This document shows, piece by piece, positions 19,421 through 28,760 of a stretch of 64,000 nucleotides of DNA. Each line of letters begins with the position of its first letter. Position 1 is the first letter of the stretch. The position numbers and the translations under genes were made by a program. The notes under the pieces were generated by a model. That model was given only the letters and a program-made list of their open reading frames with translations, was not told the DNA's origin and did not search any database. This DNA comes from Candidatus Latescibacterota bacterium (GTDB lineage: Bacteria > Latescibacterota > UBA2968 > GCA-2709665): positions 1,600,001 through 1,664,000 of the forward strand of contig CBDCOX010000002.1 in the NCBI GenBank assembly GCA_965219995.1. The letters run 5' to 3'.

Positions 19421-21559
19421 TCAGTCTCCGGCCTCCGTCCACTGGTACACGTGGACATCCAGCGGCAGGAACAGATCAATGAACTCACGAGACTCGCTGT
19501 TCGCCATGCGATCCTCGAACAGCACCCTGGGCTGAACCGGTCTGTCGAACCGCCACGTGCCCAGGACCAGGGCCGGTTCCACGTTGACCGCGATCAGGGT
19601 GTGGACCCCGTCGTGCAGCCGCTCGATGAAGTGAATGGCGTCGCCCTGCTGCTCGAGCTGCACGCTCCGTACCCGGGCGCCCGCCGCCAGTGTGGGGGCC
19701 AGGTGTCGCACCTCGCTGGCGACCTTGAGCACTTCGGTCCATTGCCTCGGATAGATGGCCACATCGTCGGTGTACTCCGTGCCGGGGATCTCGCCCCCGG
19801 GCGCGTAGAACAGCAGCCCTTTGACACCCCTCGTCAGTGCGAGGTAGTTCATGGACCGGATCTCCTCGCGACTGGGCCGGAAACCCCCTTCGAGGGTTAC
19901 GACCTCGCCGCGCTTGCTGTCGAGACGATAGTCGAAGGCCTGGGAGATGAACCACACATGCTTGCCCTTGCCCTCCACCCGCGCAGCCTCGAAGGCATCG
20001 TCGAGGACCAGCTCGTAGATCGAGGTGATCGAGTCGTCGGGCAGCAGCGGGTTCAGGATGGGGTAGCCATAAACGAAGTAGGCATCGCTGAGTCTCCCAC
20101 CCCAGGTGAGCATGAAGATGACCGGGTGGTCCCTGTCGTGCTGTCGAATGAGCTCGTAGGTCTCGGTCGCCAGGGGAGACTGGTTGTCGCTGGCGTACTC
20201 GTTCCACCACCCCAGCGTGGCCGGGTGGTCCTTCGCCTGCTGCACCACCTCCATGAGTTGCCCGGGCTCGCCTCTGCCCAGGGCCAGCGAGGCGTAGTAC
20301 ACGTGCACCAGCCCCTTCATCCCGAGATCCAGCAGATCGTCCAGCATGCCCACGGCGCCTTCGCCGATCAGCTTGTAGTTGATCCCGGCCTCGGCCGCCT
20401 GGGCGATATAGGGCATCCTGCTCGCGGGTGAGACGTTTGACGAGTAGATCCCCACCGGAAAAAAGGGCTCGCTGTTGACACGAAACACGTCCCCGTCGAA
20501 ACGCGACTCCAATGATACCGGCTCGTTGACGCCGAAGCGCCAGCGCAGGCGATTGCCGGCGTTGCCGGCGCGGTCGTTGACGACCACCTCCACCTGGTGG
20601 ATGCCGTCCTCCAGGGCTCCGGTCTCCGAGAAGGTGAATCCGCCCTCCTCTACGGCGGCGCCGGCGGTGACGTCCTCGCCGTCCAGCAGGACCCGCGCGG
20701 AGGCGACGTCGATGCCCGAGCCCTCGTCATCGAAGACAGCCGAGATGACTGGCGAACCGTCGACCCTCGTGTCCGGCGCGGGGCTGGGGAGCACGAGCGC
20801 CGGCGGGCTGGTGTCCCTCTCCACCACCGGTGTGGTCTGCGCCATCAGGCGATCCCGCATCGATATCCTCAGGTCCTTTTCCGACTCGTATAGAGCGGCG
20901 ATTTCCCGGTCTGACAGGGCGCGGTTGTACACCCGGACGTCGTCGATCTGCCCCGTGAAGTGGCCGCCCAGGCCGGAGCCGTAGAAGCTGGCGCCGATGT
21001 ACATCGGCGCCTCCAGGGTGCCGGTCACGAAGGGCTCACCGTACCGCCCTCTCAGGCCGCCGTTCACGTAGACCCTGATCCCGTCGCCGTCGTACGTGCC
21101 GGCCAGGTGAAACCAGCTGTCCTGTTTGACGTCCCCGCCGGCGGCGCTCTTGCCGTGCTCGGGACACTCCACCAGGGAGAACCGGACCGCGTTCTGGCCG
21201 AGGCTGAGCCGGTAGTTCTGGCGCAGCGTGCTGCAGCCGTTCTTCGACAGCACGGTCTGCCCGGATATGACGGACGTGTTCACCCAGCAGGTCACCGTGA
21301 CCGCATCGGAGAGTCTCAGCATCTCCGAGTCCGGGATCTCCACGTAGTCATCCACCCCGTCGAAGCGGAGGGCGTAGCCCTGATCCAATTCCACGTACTC
21401 GGCCCCGTGAATGGCGCCCTGGAGGCCGTGGCCCGAGGCATCGCCGGCCACCGAGCCGGCCCCCTCATCGAACCTGTAGTGCGCCACGAGGCCCTCCTCC
21501 TCCGCCGCCGCGGCGCCGACGGCGAGGGCGAGGAGGATCAGCAATATCTTCGTTCCCAT
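19421..21559 (-). CDS. Secreted LamG/Ig-like/glycoside-hydrolase-like multidomain protein
   Basis: Signal peptide MGTKILLILL; AHYRFDEG, WFHLAGTYDG, GQIDDVRVYNRAL; PFFPVGIY catalytic-type domain. Confidence 0.82.
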   Translation of the reverse strand: MGTKILLILLALAVGAAAAEEEGLVAHYRFDEGAGSVAGDASGHGLQGAIHGAEYVELDQGYALRFDGVDDYVEIPDSEMLRLSDAVTVTCWVNTSVISGQTVLSKNGCSTLRQNYRLSLGQNAVRFSLVECPEHGKSAAGGDVKQDSWFHLAGTYDGDGIRVYVNGGLRGRYGEPFVTGTLEAPMYIGASFYGSGLGGHFTGQIDDVRVYNRALSDREIAALYESEKDLRISMRDRLMAQTTPVVERDTSPPALVLPSPAPDTRVDGSPVISAVFDDEGSGIDVASARVLLDGEDVTAGAAVEEGGFTFSETGALEDGIHQVEVVVNDRAGNAGNRLRWRFGVNEPVSLESRFDGDVFRVNSEPFFPVGIYSSNVSPASRMPYIAQAAEAGINYKLIGEGAVGMLDDLLDLGMKGLVHVYYASLALGRGEPGQLMEVVQQAKDHPATLGWWNEYASDNQSPLATETYELIRQHDRDHPVIFMLTWGGRLSDAYFVYGYPILNPLLPDDSITSIYELVLDDAFEAARVEGKGKHVWFISQAFDYRLDSKRGEVVTLEGGFRPSREEIRSMNYLALTRGVKGLLFYAPGGEIPGTEYTDDVAIYPRQWTEVLKVASEVRHLAPTLAAGARVRSVQLEQQGDAIHFIERLHDGVHTLIAVNVEPALVLGTWRFDRPVQPRVLFEDRMANSESREFIDLFLPLDVHVYQWTEAGD

Positions 21560-21579
21560 ATTGACACTCGCATCTCCGC

Positions 21580-21880
21580 TACACAAAAACGCGCCATCCC
21601 GCCAACTCATCCTGGTGAGATGCTGCGTGAGGATTTCTTGCCGGATTACGCGCAAACAGTGACTTCCCTGGCGGAGGCATTGGGTGTATCCCGTCAAACG
21701 ATAAATGAGCTTCTGCGGGAGCGGCGCGCCATCTCGCCCATCATGGCATTGAGACTTGCCCGCTTTTTTGGTAACTCTCCGGAATTCTGGATGAAGGCCC
21801 AACACAAACGAGATCTTTGGGAATCAGAGCAGCGACATCAAGGCGAGCTGGCGGACATCGAACCGCTCGCTATTCCGTAG
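21580..21880 (+). pseudogene. higA: 5'-truncated duplicate higA
   Basis: Near-identical to 15106-15406 but lacks start codon, RBS, higB and promoter. Confidence 0.85.
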
Positions 21881-21917
21881 ACGACGTTCCCCTGCACAAA
21901 CCCCTTCCCTCTTTTGC

Positions 21918-22012
21918 TTGTAACGTTTTTCGGTTGCCGAACCCCGAGCTTGTCGAGGGGTTGCCAAAGGCCAAGGCGCGAACGCGCCGCAGCGTAAGAC
22001 GTACTGTTTAAC
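21918..22012 (-). repeat. attC site
   Basis: ttgtaac...gaaccccgagcttgtcgaggggttgcc...ggccaaggcgcgaacgcgccgcagcg...gtttaac. Confidence 0.78.
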
Positions 22013-22035
22013 TGAAGTCCGCCTTTTCTTCATCA

Positions 22036-22749
22036 CTACCAAGATTTCCGCTTTTTTTCAATAGCATTAACGTATTCTTCTGCTTTTTCACACAATGCAA
22101 GAAACGCATCTACAGTATCAATGCGTGAGGTGCGCACAGCGAAGGCGTGATGCACAATATGATCTCCAACATGACCCAAAGATTGGGTCAATTTCTTATA
22201 AGATGGATCGAATGGAAGACCATATTCAGCTTCTACTTCCACAAACGCAAGATGAAGGATCATCTTTGCAAATCCTGGTGCCCTCAATTTACCTATACCA
22301 TTCATTCTTCTTATGCTATGAATACTTCTCTGAATTTGTTCAATCAGATGCCGTGCCTCCTCGCTTAGTGACCAACGTTCTACTTTAAGAGTTGTCAGAT
22401 CGATATGCTGCCCCCATACTCGTCTAAAAAATGGAAACTGTTTCACCCAAAGCGGTAAAGGTATGAATTGATCTCTTTCCATATCACCGGCCAACTCGGA
22501 TAGTGTAATACGTGCTAATGAAGCTTTTATACCTGTTTGACTGGTGAATTCTGTTCGAAGATAGGCATCCACATCTGCTGCTTCTCTGCCATCAAAATCA
22601 TCCTTGACCACCGATAGGAGATCAACATCGCTTGAAGGGAGTTCGTCTTGAGTGCCAAATGAACCACATAGGTATAGCGAAATCAAGCCTTTGTCTTTTA
22701 GTCTGGCAACCACTTCGGCGACAGAGCGATCCAATACGGTATCTGTCAT
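22036..22749 (-). CDS. Nucleotidyltransferase-domain protein (own cassette)
   Basis: LYLCGSFG...SDVDLL motif; AT-rich; own ATG just after attC 22789. Confidence 0.75.
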   Translation of the reverse strand: MTDTVLDRSVAEVVARLKDKGLISLYLCGSFGTQDELPSSDVDLLSVVKDDFDGREAADVDAYLRTEFTSQTGIKASLARITLSELAGDMERDQFIPLPLWVKQFPFFRRVWGQHIDLTTLKVERWSLSEEARHLIEQIQRSIHSIRRMNGIGKLRAPGFAKMILHLAFVEVEAEYGLPFDPSYKKLTQSLGHVGDHIVHHAFAVRTSRIDTVDAFLALCEKAEEYVNAIEKKRKSW

Positions 22750-23844
22750 CTGCTTCCGTTCGCTGTGAGGTTGATAATAACGGATTTCAGTTAACGTTCC
22801 TGGCGTGGTGCGAACCTGGCGGCGCCAGGTTGGGTCGGAGGGAGCGGAAGCGACCGGAGCCGCACACGCCGTGTTATAGGCTGTGCCCGGCCGACCTGAA
22901 CAGAGGCGTTTACTATTGGCCGAGCGTCTGGTACCCAGATCTTTGACGTAGGCGAGTGAAGTATCGCGGGTTATATAGCCCTCCGCCAGGTAAAGTGACA
23001 CGGCTGCATGATTCTTCTCCCGACAATTCAATACAGCCGATTTGTACCCCTCACACCGCATTTCGTGAAGTGCGCGCCGCAGGAGATGCCTGCCGATTCC
23101 CTTCCGGCGATAGTTCTCCTTCACGCCTATCCAACGCGTATAACTGAGCCACTCCAACGAATCCTGATCCGCGTAGGTGCGTCCGGATTGGGAACGACAG
23201 CTTCCTATGGCCTGGCCGTCGATTGTGCCCTTAACCCAGGTGTTGGGGAGGGCGCCGACGCCGTCTGACCCTTCGATTATGATCTCGACGCCTGGATGCG
23301 GATTGGGAAGGGAAGCAGAATCCAATGATCGTTGCATCGTCAGGTGCCCATCGTGAGCCCTGTACCCGGTCTCCTTAAGCAGCGACGAAACGTGAGTCAT
23401 ATGAGACGAGAGGATGCCGACCTTATGGTTGTGGAAGGGGTATCCGTGGTACAGTGGAAAGGCGTCTACGCGTGTGAGACCCTCCGATTGGAAGATCTGT
23501 TCCGCGTAGCTGAGGAGTGCCTGACCAACTTCCCTTCGACGAGGTGAAAATGCAAGAAAGCGGATGATCCCGCATTCGATTTCCTCACCGTCGACCTCGA
23601 CGTCGCTACCGACACAAAGATGTGCGAATCCGACCGGTCCCGTAGCGTCTGACGCAACGAGCAGCTTTTGTGACTGAGCCGAGGCACAGGACTCGTCGTC
23701 GGATTCCACAGGGATGATTCCGGCCGCGAATTCCGCTGGCTCAACGGGATACGCGAACGGCGCGCTGGCTGTTGCATCCGCCCATACGGCTTGCAGCCGG
23801 GCTGCCTCGTCCATATCCCAATGCTTGATTGATACGGTCCTCAT
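22036..23844 (-). CDS. Tandem-GNAT acetyltransferase reading through attC into the nucleotidyltransferase
   Basis: RREVGQALL and GVKENYRRKGIGRHLL motifs; no in-frame stop before attC. Confidence 0.7.
   Translation of the reverse strand: MRTVSIKHWDMDEAARLQAVWADATASAPFAYPVEPAEFAAGIIPVESDDESCASAQSQKLLVASDATGPVGFAHLCVGSDVEVDGEEIECGIIRFLAFSPRRREVGQALLSYAEQIFQSEGLTRVDAFPLYHGYPFHNHKVGILSSHMTHVSSLLKETGYRAHDGHLTMQRSLDSASLPNPHPGVEIIIEGSDGVGALPNTWVKGTIDGQAIGSCRSQSGRTYADQDSLEWLSYTRWIGVKENYRRKGIGRHLLRRALHEMRCEGYKSAVLNCREKNHAAVSLYLAEGYITRDTSLAYVKDLGTRRSANSKRLCSGRPGTAYNTACAAPVASAPSDPTWRRQVRTTPGTLTEIRYYQPHSERKQMTDTVLDRSVAEVVARLKDKGLISLYLCGSFGTQDELPSSDVDLLSVVKDDFDGREAADVDAYLRTEFTSQTGIKASLARITLSELAGDMERDQFIPLPLWVKQFPFFRRVWGQHIDLTTLKVERWSLSEEARHLIEQIQRSIHSIRRMNGIGKLRAPGFAKMILHLAFVEVEAEYGLPFDPSYKKLTQSLGHVGDHIVHHAFAVRTSRIDTVDAFLALCEKAEEYVNAIEKKRKSW
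22789..22879 (-). repeat. attC site lying inside the 602-aa ORF
   Basis: agttaac...tgcgaacctggcggcgccaggtt...gcgaccggagccgca...gttatag; resembles 55022 site. Confidence 0.82.
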
Positions 23845-25118
23845 TTTTCAGTGTCAGTTTCTGCCGGGACGGATTCCGAATCCTCGGGCGCTTCCTTCGA
23901 TATGCGGACAGCTGCATATCCGTATATCGGAATGACAAGCGAAAGCATCGCCGCCGACATGGTGATGCCCCACCTTACGGAAAGCCATCTGCCAACCACG
24001 CCAGTTGGAGGGCCCCCGGCGATCTGTCCAATCGAGTCAGCCTGGGCCCGGACCGACAACATGGTTGCCCGCACGCTCGAATCCTTGATCTGCTGATTGT
24101 ACCACGTGACAAGCAGCGGGCCTCCAGTATGCCTTAACCCGCTGATTACCCAGAGCGCCGCCAGCGCTCCCCAGAAGTAATCCGTCCATGCCAAAAAGAG
24201 AATCGCGGCGACGATCCCTGTGTTCGAAAACATCAGGGCCATCGAAACAGCCGACCCACTCCTGAGGTCGATACCTCGCGTGGCCGCCTCGGTCATCGCG
24301 AGTGAAATTATGGATGAGATCAGGCTAATGAGCCCGAACCAGGCGACAGGTACCACCGTCTCTTTAAACGGCAGCTCGTAATCCCGAAGTATATGGGGTG
24401 CAGTCAGCCGATCGTATCCTTCGCTCGACAGACCGTAAAGAAATGAGATCGCAAGAATCAACAACAGGTAATGCTCGGTTCGAATCTGCAGGAAGGCTGT
24501 TGAGAATGTGGCGCGCATCGAAACCCAAGTCTTTCTTTGTTCCGCGGGCACGGGCTTGAACCCGCGCTCCCGCATTGTGAAACACAGGGCAACTGAAACT
24601 ACCAACAGCCCGCCGCCCCCAATCAGAATCGGCACAGATACATCCTGCCATCCGAGGGCGACGCCCAGCAGAATCCCGATAATCGATCCCACGCTTGACG
24701 CCTGTGAAGCGCGCATGAAGACCATACCAACGGAATTGTCTTTGCTGTTTTCGGCAATCATCTCATCGACAAGCCAGGCCTCATACGCGCCGCTCATGAA
24801 GGTTCCACCAATCCCGCGGATCACGTTGCTGGCGACCACAGCCCAAAACAGGGGTATCCACCCCATCAGCATCAGGCCCAACCCGTTCAAGAAATAACCC
24901 AGAATCACCGACAACCTTCGGCTCTTGAGGTCTGCAACCACCCCAGTTGGGACTTCAAACAGAAATGCCGTTACCTCCATTGTCGTACCAACCAAAACCA
25001 GTTGCAGCGGATCAAGTTTCACAACATTGACCTGATACACCATCACCACGGTAAGTGCAATCGTAAACAGAACCGACGAACAGAACGAGCTTAGTATATA
25101 AACAGTTTTCGCTTGCAT
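23841..25118 (-). CDS. MFS transporter, TetA(P)-like
   Basis: LDPLQLVLVGT, FEVPTGVVAD..SRR, SGAYEAWL, SSEGYDRL, VRAT motifs. Confidence 0.85.
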   Translation of the reverse strand: MQAKTVYILSSFCSSVLFTIALTVVMVYQVNVVKLDPLQLVLVGTTMEVTAFLFEVPTGVVADLKSRRLSVILGYFLNGLGLMLMGWIPLFWAVVASNVIRGIGGTFMSGAYEAWLVDEMIAENSKDNSVGMVFMRASQASSVGSIIGILLGVALGWQDVSVPILIGGGGLLVVSVALCFTMRERGFKPVPAEQRKTWVSMRATFSTAFLQIRTEHYLLLILAISFLYGLSSEGYDRLTAPHILRDYELPFKETVVPVAWFGLISLISSIISLAMTEAATRGIDLRSGSAVSMALMFSNTGIVAAILFLAWTDYFWGALAALWVISGLRHTGGPLLVTWYNQQIKDSSVRATMLSVRAQADSIGQIAGGPPTGVVGRWLSVRWGITMSAAMLSLVIPIYGYAAVRISKEAPEDSESVPAETDTEK

Positions 25119-25247
25119 TTAACCACCAAACCAAGGCTGAAATAGCTCCTCATCCACGGATCGATCATCCCGGAATCTGAGTCAGCATCTGGATGTTCTT
25201 GGGACGGTCAACCAGGTGGGTTGCCCATAAATTCAGCCAGGCATTGC

Positions 25248-25392
25248 CTATAACGTTCTCGCCACTTGCGAACCCGCCCGGCTTCATGGGTGGGTTGCCG
25301 TCAGGCCAAGGAACCCTTCGACATTTCGACAGGCTCAATGCAAGCAAGCTCAGATTAAATTCCGCGACGCTGCGCAAGTGGATGTGTTATGC
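25248..25392 (-). repeat. attC site (145 bp) containing nested REP-like units
   Basis: ctataac...ccacttgcg...cgcaagtgg...gttatgc; twin of 31018 site. Confidence 0.85.
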
Positions 25393-25468
25393 GTCTGCAG
25401 AGGTTTTCGCAGATCAAGCGGCCAAACGGGCACCCTGTATGGGTTTTTCCGATTATTGACTTTCGGTC

Positions 25469-26041
25469 TCATTCCCCCGAGCGAGCCAGATGCTGGAGCG
25501 TCAACGAAACTGTCGCAGCCCACGACAGGACTTTGAACTCCCCGGTCCTTAGAGCATCCTCCAGCTCTTCGCGAGCAAGATGCAGAAGCTCCTGGTCCTC
25601 GATGTCATCACTCGAAGGTTCTGCTACCAGTACAGCATCGCGGGCCAGGAATAGATACCGAACGCCAACGCCGCGATTGGGATCGACTTTGTAGCTGCCG
25701 AGGTCAATCCACTCGGTCGATTGAAATCCGGTCTCCTCCAGCAGTTCACGCTTGGCGGCGTCCAGAGGATCTTCCCCAGGTTCGATCATTCCTCCTACTG
25801 GAGCCAGGGATGTTCCCTCCACTGCATATTTCGTCTGTCGAAAACAAAGGAACTTGCCGTCGCAAGTGGTGGCGAGGACAATCGCAGCGTCAGGCCCAAC
25901 AATCCATGGCCAGTCAGAGATAACCTGCCCATCCGGCCATTCCACTGTATGACTCTCAACGGTCAGGTACGGACCCCGATTGATGATAGTGCGACGGGAG
26001 AGGGTCTTGAACGGTCGCAGTTCCATACCTTCGGGTCCCAT
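25469..26041 (-). CDS. NUDIX hydrolase (ADP-ribose pyrophosphatase-like)
   Basis: GGMIEPGEDPLDAAKRELLEETG Nudix box. Confidence 0.9.
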   Translation of the reverse strand: MGPEGMELRPFKTLSRRTIINRGPYLTVESHTVEWPDGQVISDWPWIVGPDAAIVLATTCDGKFLCFRQTKYAVEGTSLAPVGGMIEPGEDPLDAAKRELLEETGFQSTEWIDLGSYKVDPNRGVGVRYLFLARDAVLVAEPSSDDIEDQELLHLAREELEDALRTGEFKVLSWAATVSLTLQHLARSGE

Positions 26042-26106
26042 CTGTCCTCCACCTTCTCCGGTTTTGTGCCGATTCTGAGTTTGGTGTCACCTAAAACCAG
26101 TGTTGC

Positions 26107-26191
26107 ACATAACGGCCCGGCTGATCCTGAATCGCGCAGCTGTTTTCTGCTCCGTCAAACGCAGCGGGGCCTACGTCGCACGACGTAAGCC
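26107..26191 (-). repeat. Degenerate attC site
   Basis: acataac ggcccggctgatcctgaatcgcgcagc... gtaagcc; start resembles 55908 site. Confidence 0.5.
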
Positions 26192-26313
26192 CCTTTCGTT
26201 TTGCCTCCTCGATGAGGTCCAACCCAAGTCACCTTCATCGGCCCTCCCCTTCCGGCACGCCATCGCCCGGAAGGACGAGGAGAAGGGCAGTGTCGACCTG
26301 CTCCTGTTTCGGT

Positions 26314-27366
26314 CTATAGCAGATGGTCCAGAATGAGATTGGTTGATTCAACGATGCGTTGATCGCGAGGCCGTAGATCCGGCTCGAATGCCTTGCTCGT
26401 CAGGTGTTGCAGACCCTGAATGTAGCGGACAGCGATTTCTCCCGCCTGCTCGTCCGTGAACTGCTGGTCCTTCTCGGTAACCATTCCTCGCGCGAATTCT
26501 TTCGAAAACGAAACCGGCTTGCCACCCCGCGTCAGCGGCTGTCCGCCGTCGTCCATACGCCAGAAGCGGCTCGAGTCCATCGTGTATAATTCGTCTGCCG
26601 CCACGATCCGATCGTCTGTGTTGACCCCGTGTTCCGTTTTCGTGTCCACGAGGATCATTCCGCGCTCGGCGAGATACTGGGAGACCATCCCGAAAGCCAT
26701 GATGGATGCGTTGCGGAGCTCGTTGTATTGGCCGGGGGTGCAGACATTGTTGTCAAAGAGATACTGCGGATCGATCGTACGATCCACCTTGTCCTTGGTA
26801 CTCGGCGTATCCATCAGGTATGGCAGCACGCCATTGGCGGACAACTGGTCCACGTCGATCTGATGGCCCGCATAGTCGAGCGTCGTCTCACCCGCCTCCC
26901 TGGCTTGCAGCCAGTGCTGAAAGAGAGACGTCGAGGTACTGCTCTCGGCGTTATACATCCGAAGGACGTTTTCCACCATGATCAGCTTCAGATTCTCTGC
27001 CGGAATCACCGTCGAACTGGCCTGAAGACCAGGCACCTTGAACTGAGAACTGCCCAATACGTGTTCCACCAGACGCAGCATGTGGTCATGATTGATCGCC
27101 AGCACCTGATCTTTGAACGGGATGGCCCCGCGATTCACATCGTGCGTCGATATCCGGTTGTTCCGGAACATCAGCCGGATCGGCTGGCCTTCGCTGGTCG
27201 CGAGGTTCTCGCCAAACACCGAGTCCGATACCTTCCCCTCCAGGATGGTGCAACCATCGAGACGCGGAAGATCACCATCGGCGATAATCTGCTTGATCGG
27301 ACGCCCCTCATTGACGCGTGCACCGTTCTCGGCCACTAATACTCTGATCTGGGTATCATTTAGCAT
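26314..27366 (-). CDS. purC: SAICAR synthetase (long form)
   Basis: GKVSD, RISTHD, IPFKDQVL, TPSTK, LVDTKTEHG, DELYTMDSSRFW, SKEFAR. Confidence 0.88.
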   Translation of the reverse strand: MLNDTQIRVLVAENGARVNEGRPIKQIIADGDLPRLDGCTILEGKVSDSVFGENLATSEGQPIRLMFRNNRISTHDVNRGAIPFKDQVLAINHDHMLRLVEHVLGSSQFKVPGLQASSTVIPAENLKLIMVENVLRMYNAESSTSTSLFQHWLQAREAGETTLDYAGHQIDVDQLSANGVLPYLMDTPSTKDKVDRTIDPQYLFDNNVCTPGQYNELRNASIMAFGMVSQYLAERGMILVDTKTEHGVNTDDRIVAADELYTMDSSRFWRMDDGGQPLTRGGKPVSFSKEFARGMVTEKDQQFTDEQAGEIAVRYIQGLQHLTSKAFEPDLRPRDQRIVESTNLILDHLL

Positions 27367-27607
27367 GGGTACAGTCCTGTTCAGGTGAAGGCCTCTGGGG
27401 GGAGACGCTCAAGGGAACAGCGATCGTCGTAGAGGCTGGCTTTCGGAAGCGGATGGTCGTCAGGTCAAAGCCGGCGGGATGCCATGCGGGGGGAGTATAT
27501 GGGCGTCGCAATAACCAGTCGGCTTGTTACAATATTTAAGATACATGGTGTGTTCGCGCAGAGCAAGGAAAACCGGCTCGGACATGGATTGGGCAGCCGG
27601 GTGGACG

Positions 27608-28087
27608 TCACCTGTCGTCCATAGCCGGAAGCTCGTCAATCCGGACGGTATTCAGACGTTCGTTAAGTTCCCATAGTGCGATTCGGTTGCTTTCCCATGT
27701 GAGCAGCCTCGTGGCTTCCCTGAAAGACAACCACCTCACCTTGTCATGTTCATGGGACAAATCAAGTTCTTGACCGCTTACATCAACCGCAAATGAGTAT
27801 TCAGGCACGACAAAGATGGCCTTGGACCAGTGTTCAATTGGTGAGAATACCGTCCTGGGGACGGATGCGCGAGAATCCAGCCGAAAGAAACGGGCCCCCT
27901 TTGGAATGCCTGCCTCCTCTTCTGCCTCACGCCGTGCGGTTTGCTCTGCCGTCTCATCGTCTTCGGCGCCACCCGCAATGAACTGCCACATAGAGTCATC
28001 CGCCCGATGGAAGACGGCAAACTGGTATCCGAGACTCTCACTCTCCCTGAACGGTATCACGATCACCTGTAGTGGTTGCCTTGCCAT
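27608..28087 (-). CDS. NUDIX hydrolase (NudB-like)
   Basis: WQFIAGGAEDDETAEQTARREAEEEAG; LSHEH; WESN. Confidence 0.88.
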   Translation of the reverse strand: MARQPLQVIVIPFRESESLGYQFAVFHRADDSMWQFIAGGAEDDETAEQTARREAEEEAGIPKGARFFRLDSRASVPRTVFSPIEHWSKAIFVVPEYSFAVDVSGQELDLSHEHDKVRWLSFREATRLLTWESNRIALWELNERLNTVRIDELPAMDDR

Positions 28088-28160
28088 ACTGACTATTCTC
28101 TCGGGTTGAGTCGCTCAAACTCGTCCATCACAGCAGAAATATAGCCCCGCCACGGTTTTC

Positions 28161-28244
28161 GTGTAACGTTTGGCTGTTGACAACCCCCGGAGCGCAGCGA
28201 AGGGGATTGCCGAAGGCCAGGGAGCGCAAGTGGACGTGTCAGTG
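28161..28244 (-). repeat. attC site overlapping the upstream stop codon
   Basis: gtgtaac...gccgaaggcc...gcgcaagtggacgt gtcagtg; TGA of 28239 ORF lies in the inverse core. Confidence 0.75.
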
Positions 28245-28760
28245 GCCTGTGCGGTCGCTGGCAGGGTTAAATCCCTGGACACCGATCTCATCGTGTAGAA
28301 TCCGATCAACGATGCAGCCAAGTTGCTGCACTTTCGCAAATTCCGCAGAGAGTTTCTCAATCAGGTCATCGTCGCCGAAGCGAACGTCTCGACTGAAGAC
28401 CTTCATCGTACTGTTCGACACCTTGTATCCCTTCCATGTCTCAATCATACCGCGTGCTTTTTTCACGAACGGCCGGCTGAAAGCAGCGCGCTTCAATCGA
28501 GTTCCCGGGAATGTGTCTTGATGAAGCACGTGCATGACAAGACGTGTCTTCTTCTGTTGCATTTCACGGTCAGTAATCCAGGTCTCGAAATGGATACCCA
28601 TTCCGTCTTGATTGAACCATAGGTCCCTGAACAGTTGAAGCCCTGATCCACCACTCTCGGGAAACATGTCCAGTCGCGTTTCCCACCCATCCGAAAACCA
28701 GTCTGCCGTACGCAAATTACCGTCCAGCTTCTCCATCAAGGACGAATATTCACTCCCCAT
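28239..28760 (-). CDS. Hypothetical protein (WFN..G.GIHFETW)
   Basis: 173-aa ORF overlapping the serine hydrolase stop and ending in attC. Confidence 0.7.
   Translation of the reverse strand: MGSEYSSLMEKLDGNLRTADWFSDGWETRLDMFPESGGSGLQLFRDLWFNQDGMGIHFETWITDREMQQKKTRLVMHVLHQDTFPGTRLKRAAFSRPFVKKARGMIETWKGYKVSNSTMKVFSRDVRFGDDDLIEKLSAEFAKVQQLGCIVDRILHDEIGVQGFNPASDRTGH

Noticed and set aside
21560-21805. N-terminal extension of the 794-aa ORF
   Set aside because: It is the antisense of the higA duplicate; the signal peptide and RBS place the start at 21559
27367-27600. ZMP/ZTP riboswitch upstream of purC
   Set aside because: Only a short CGACTGG match; the other conserved elements are not visible. 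An Rfam scan would settle it
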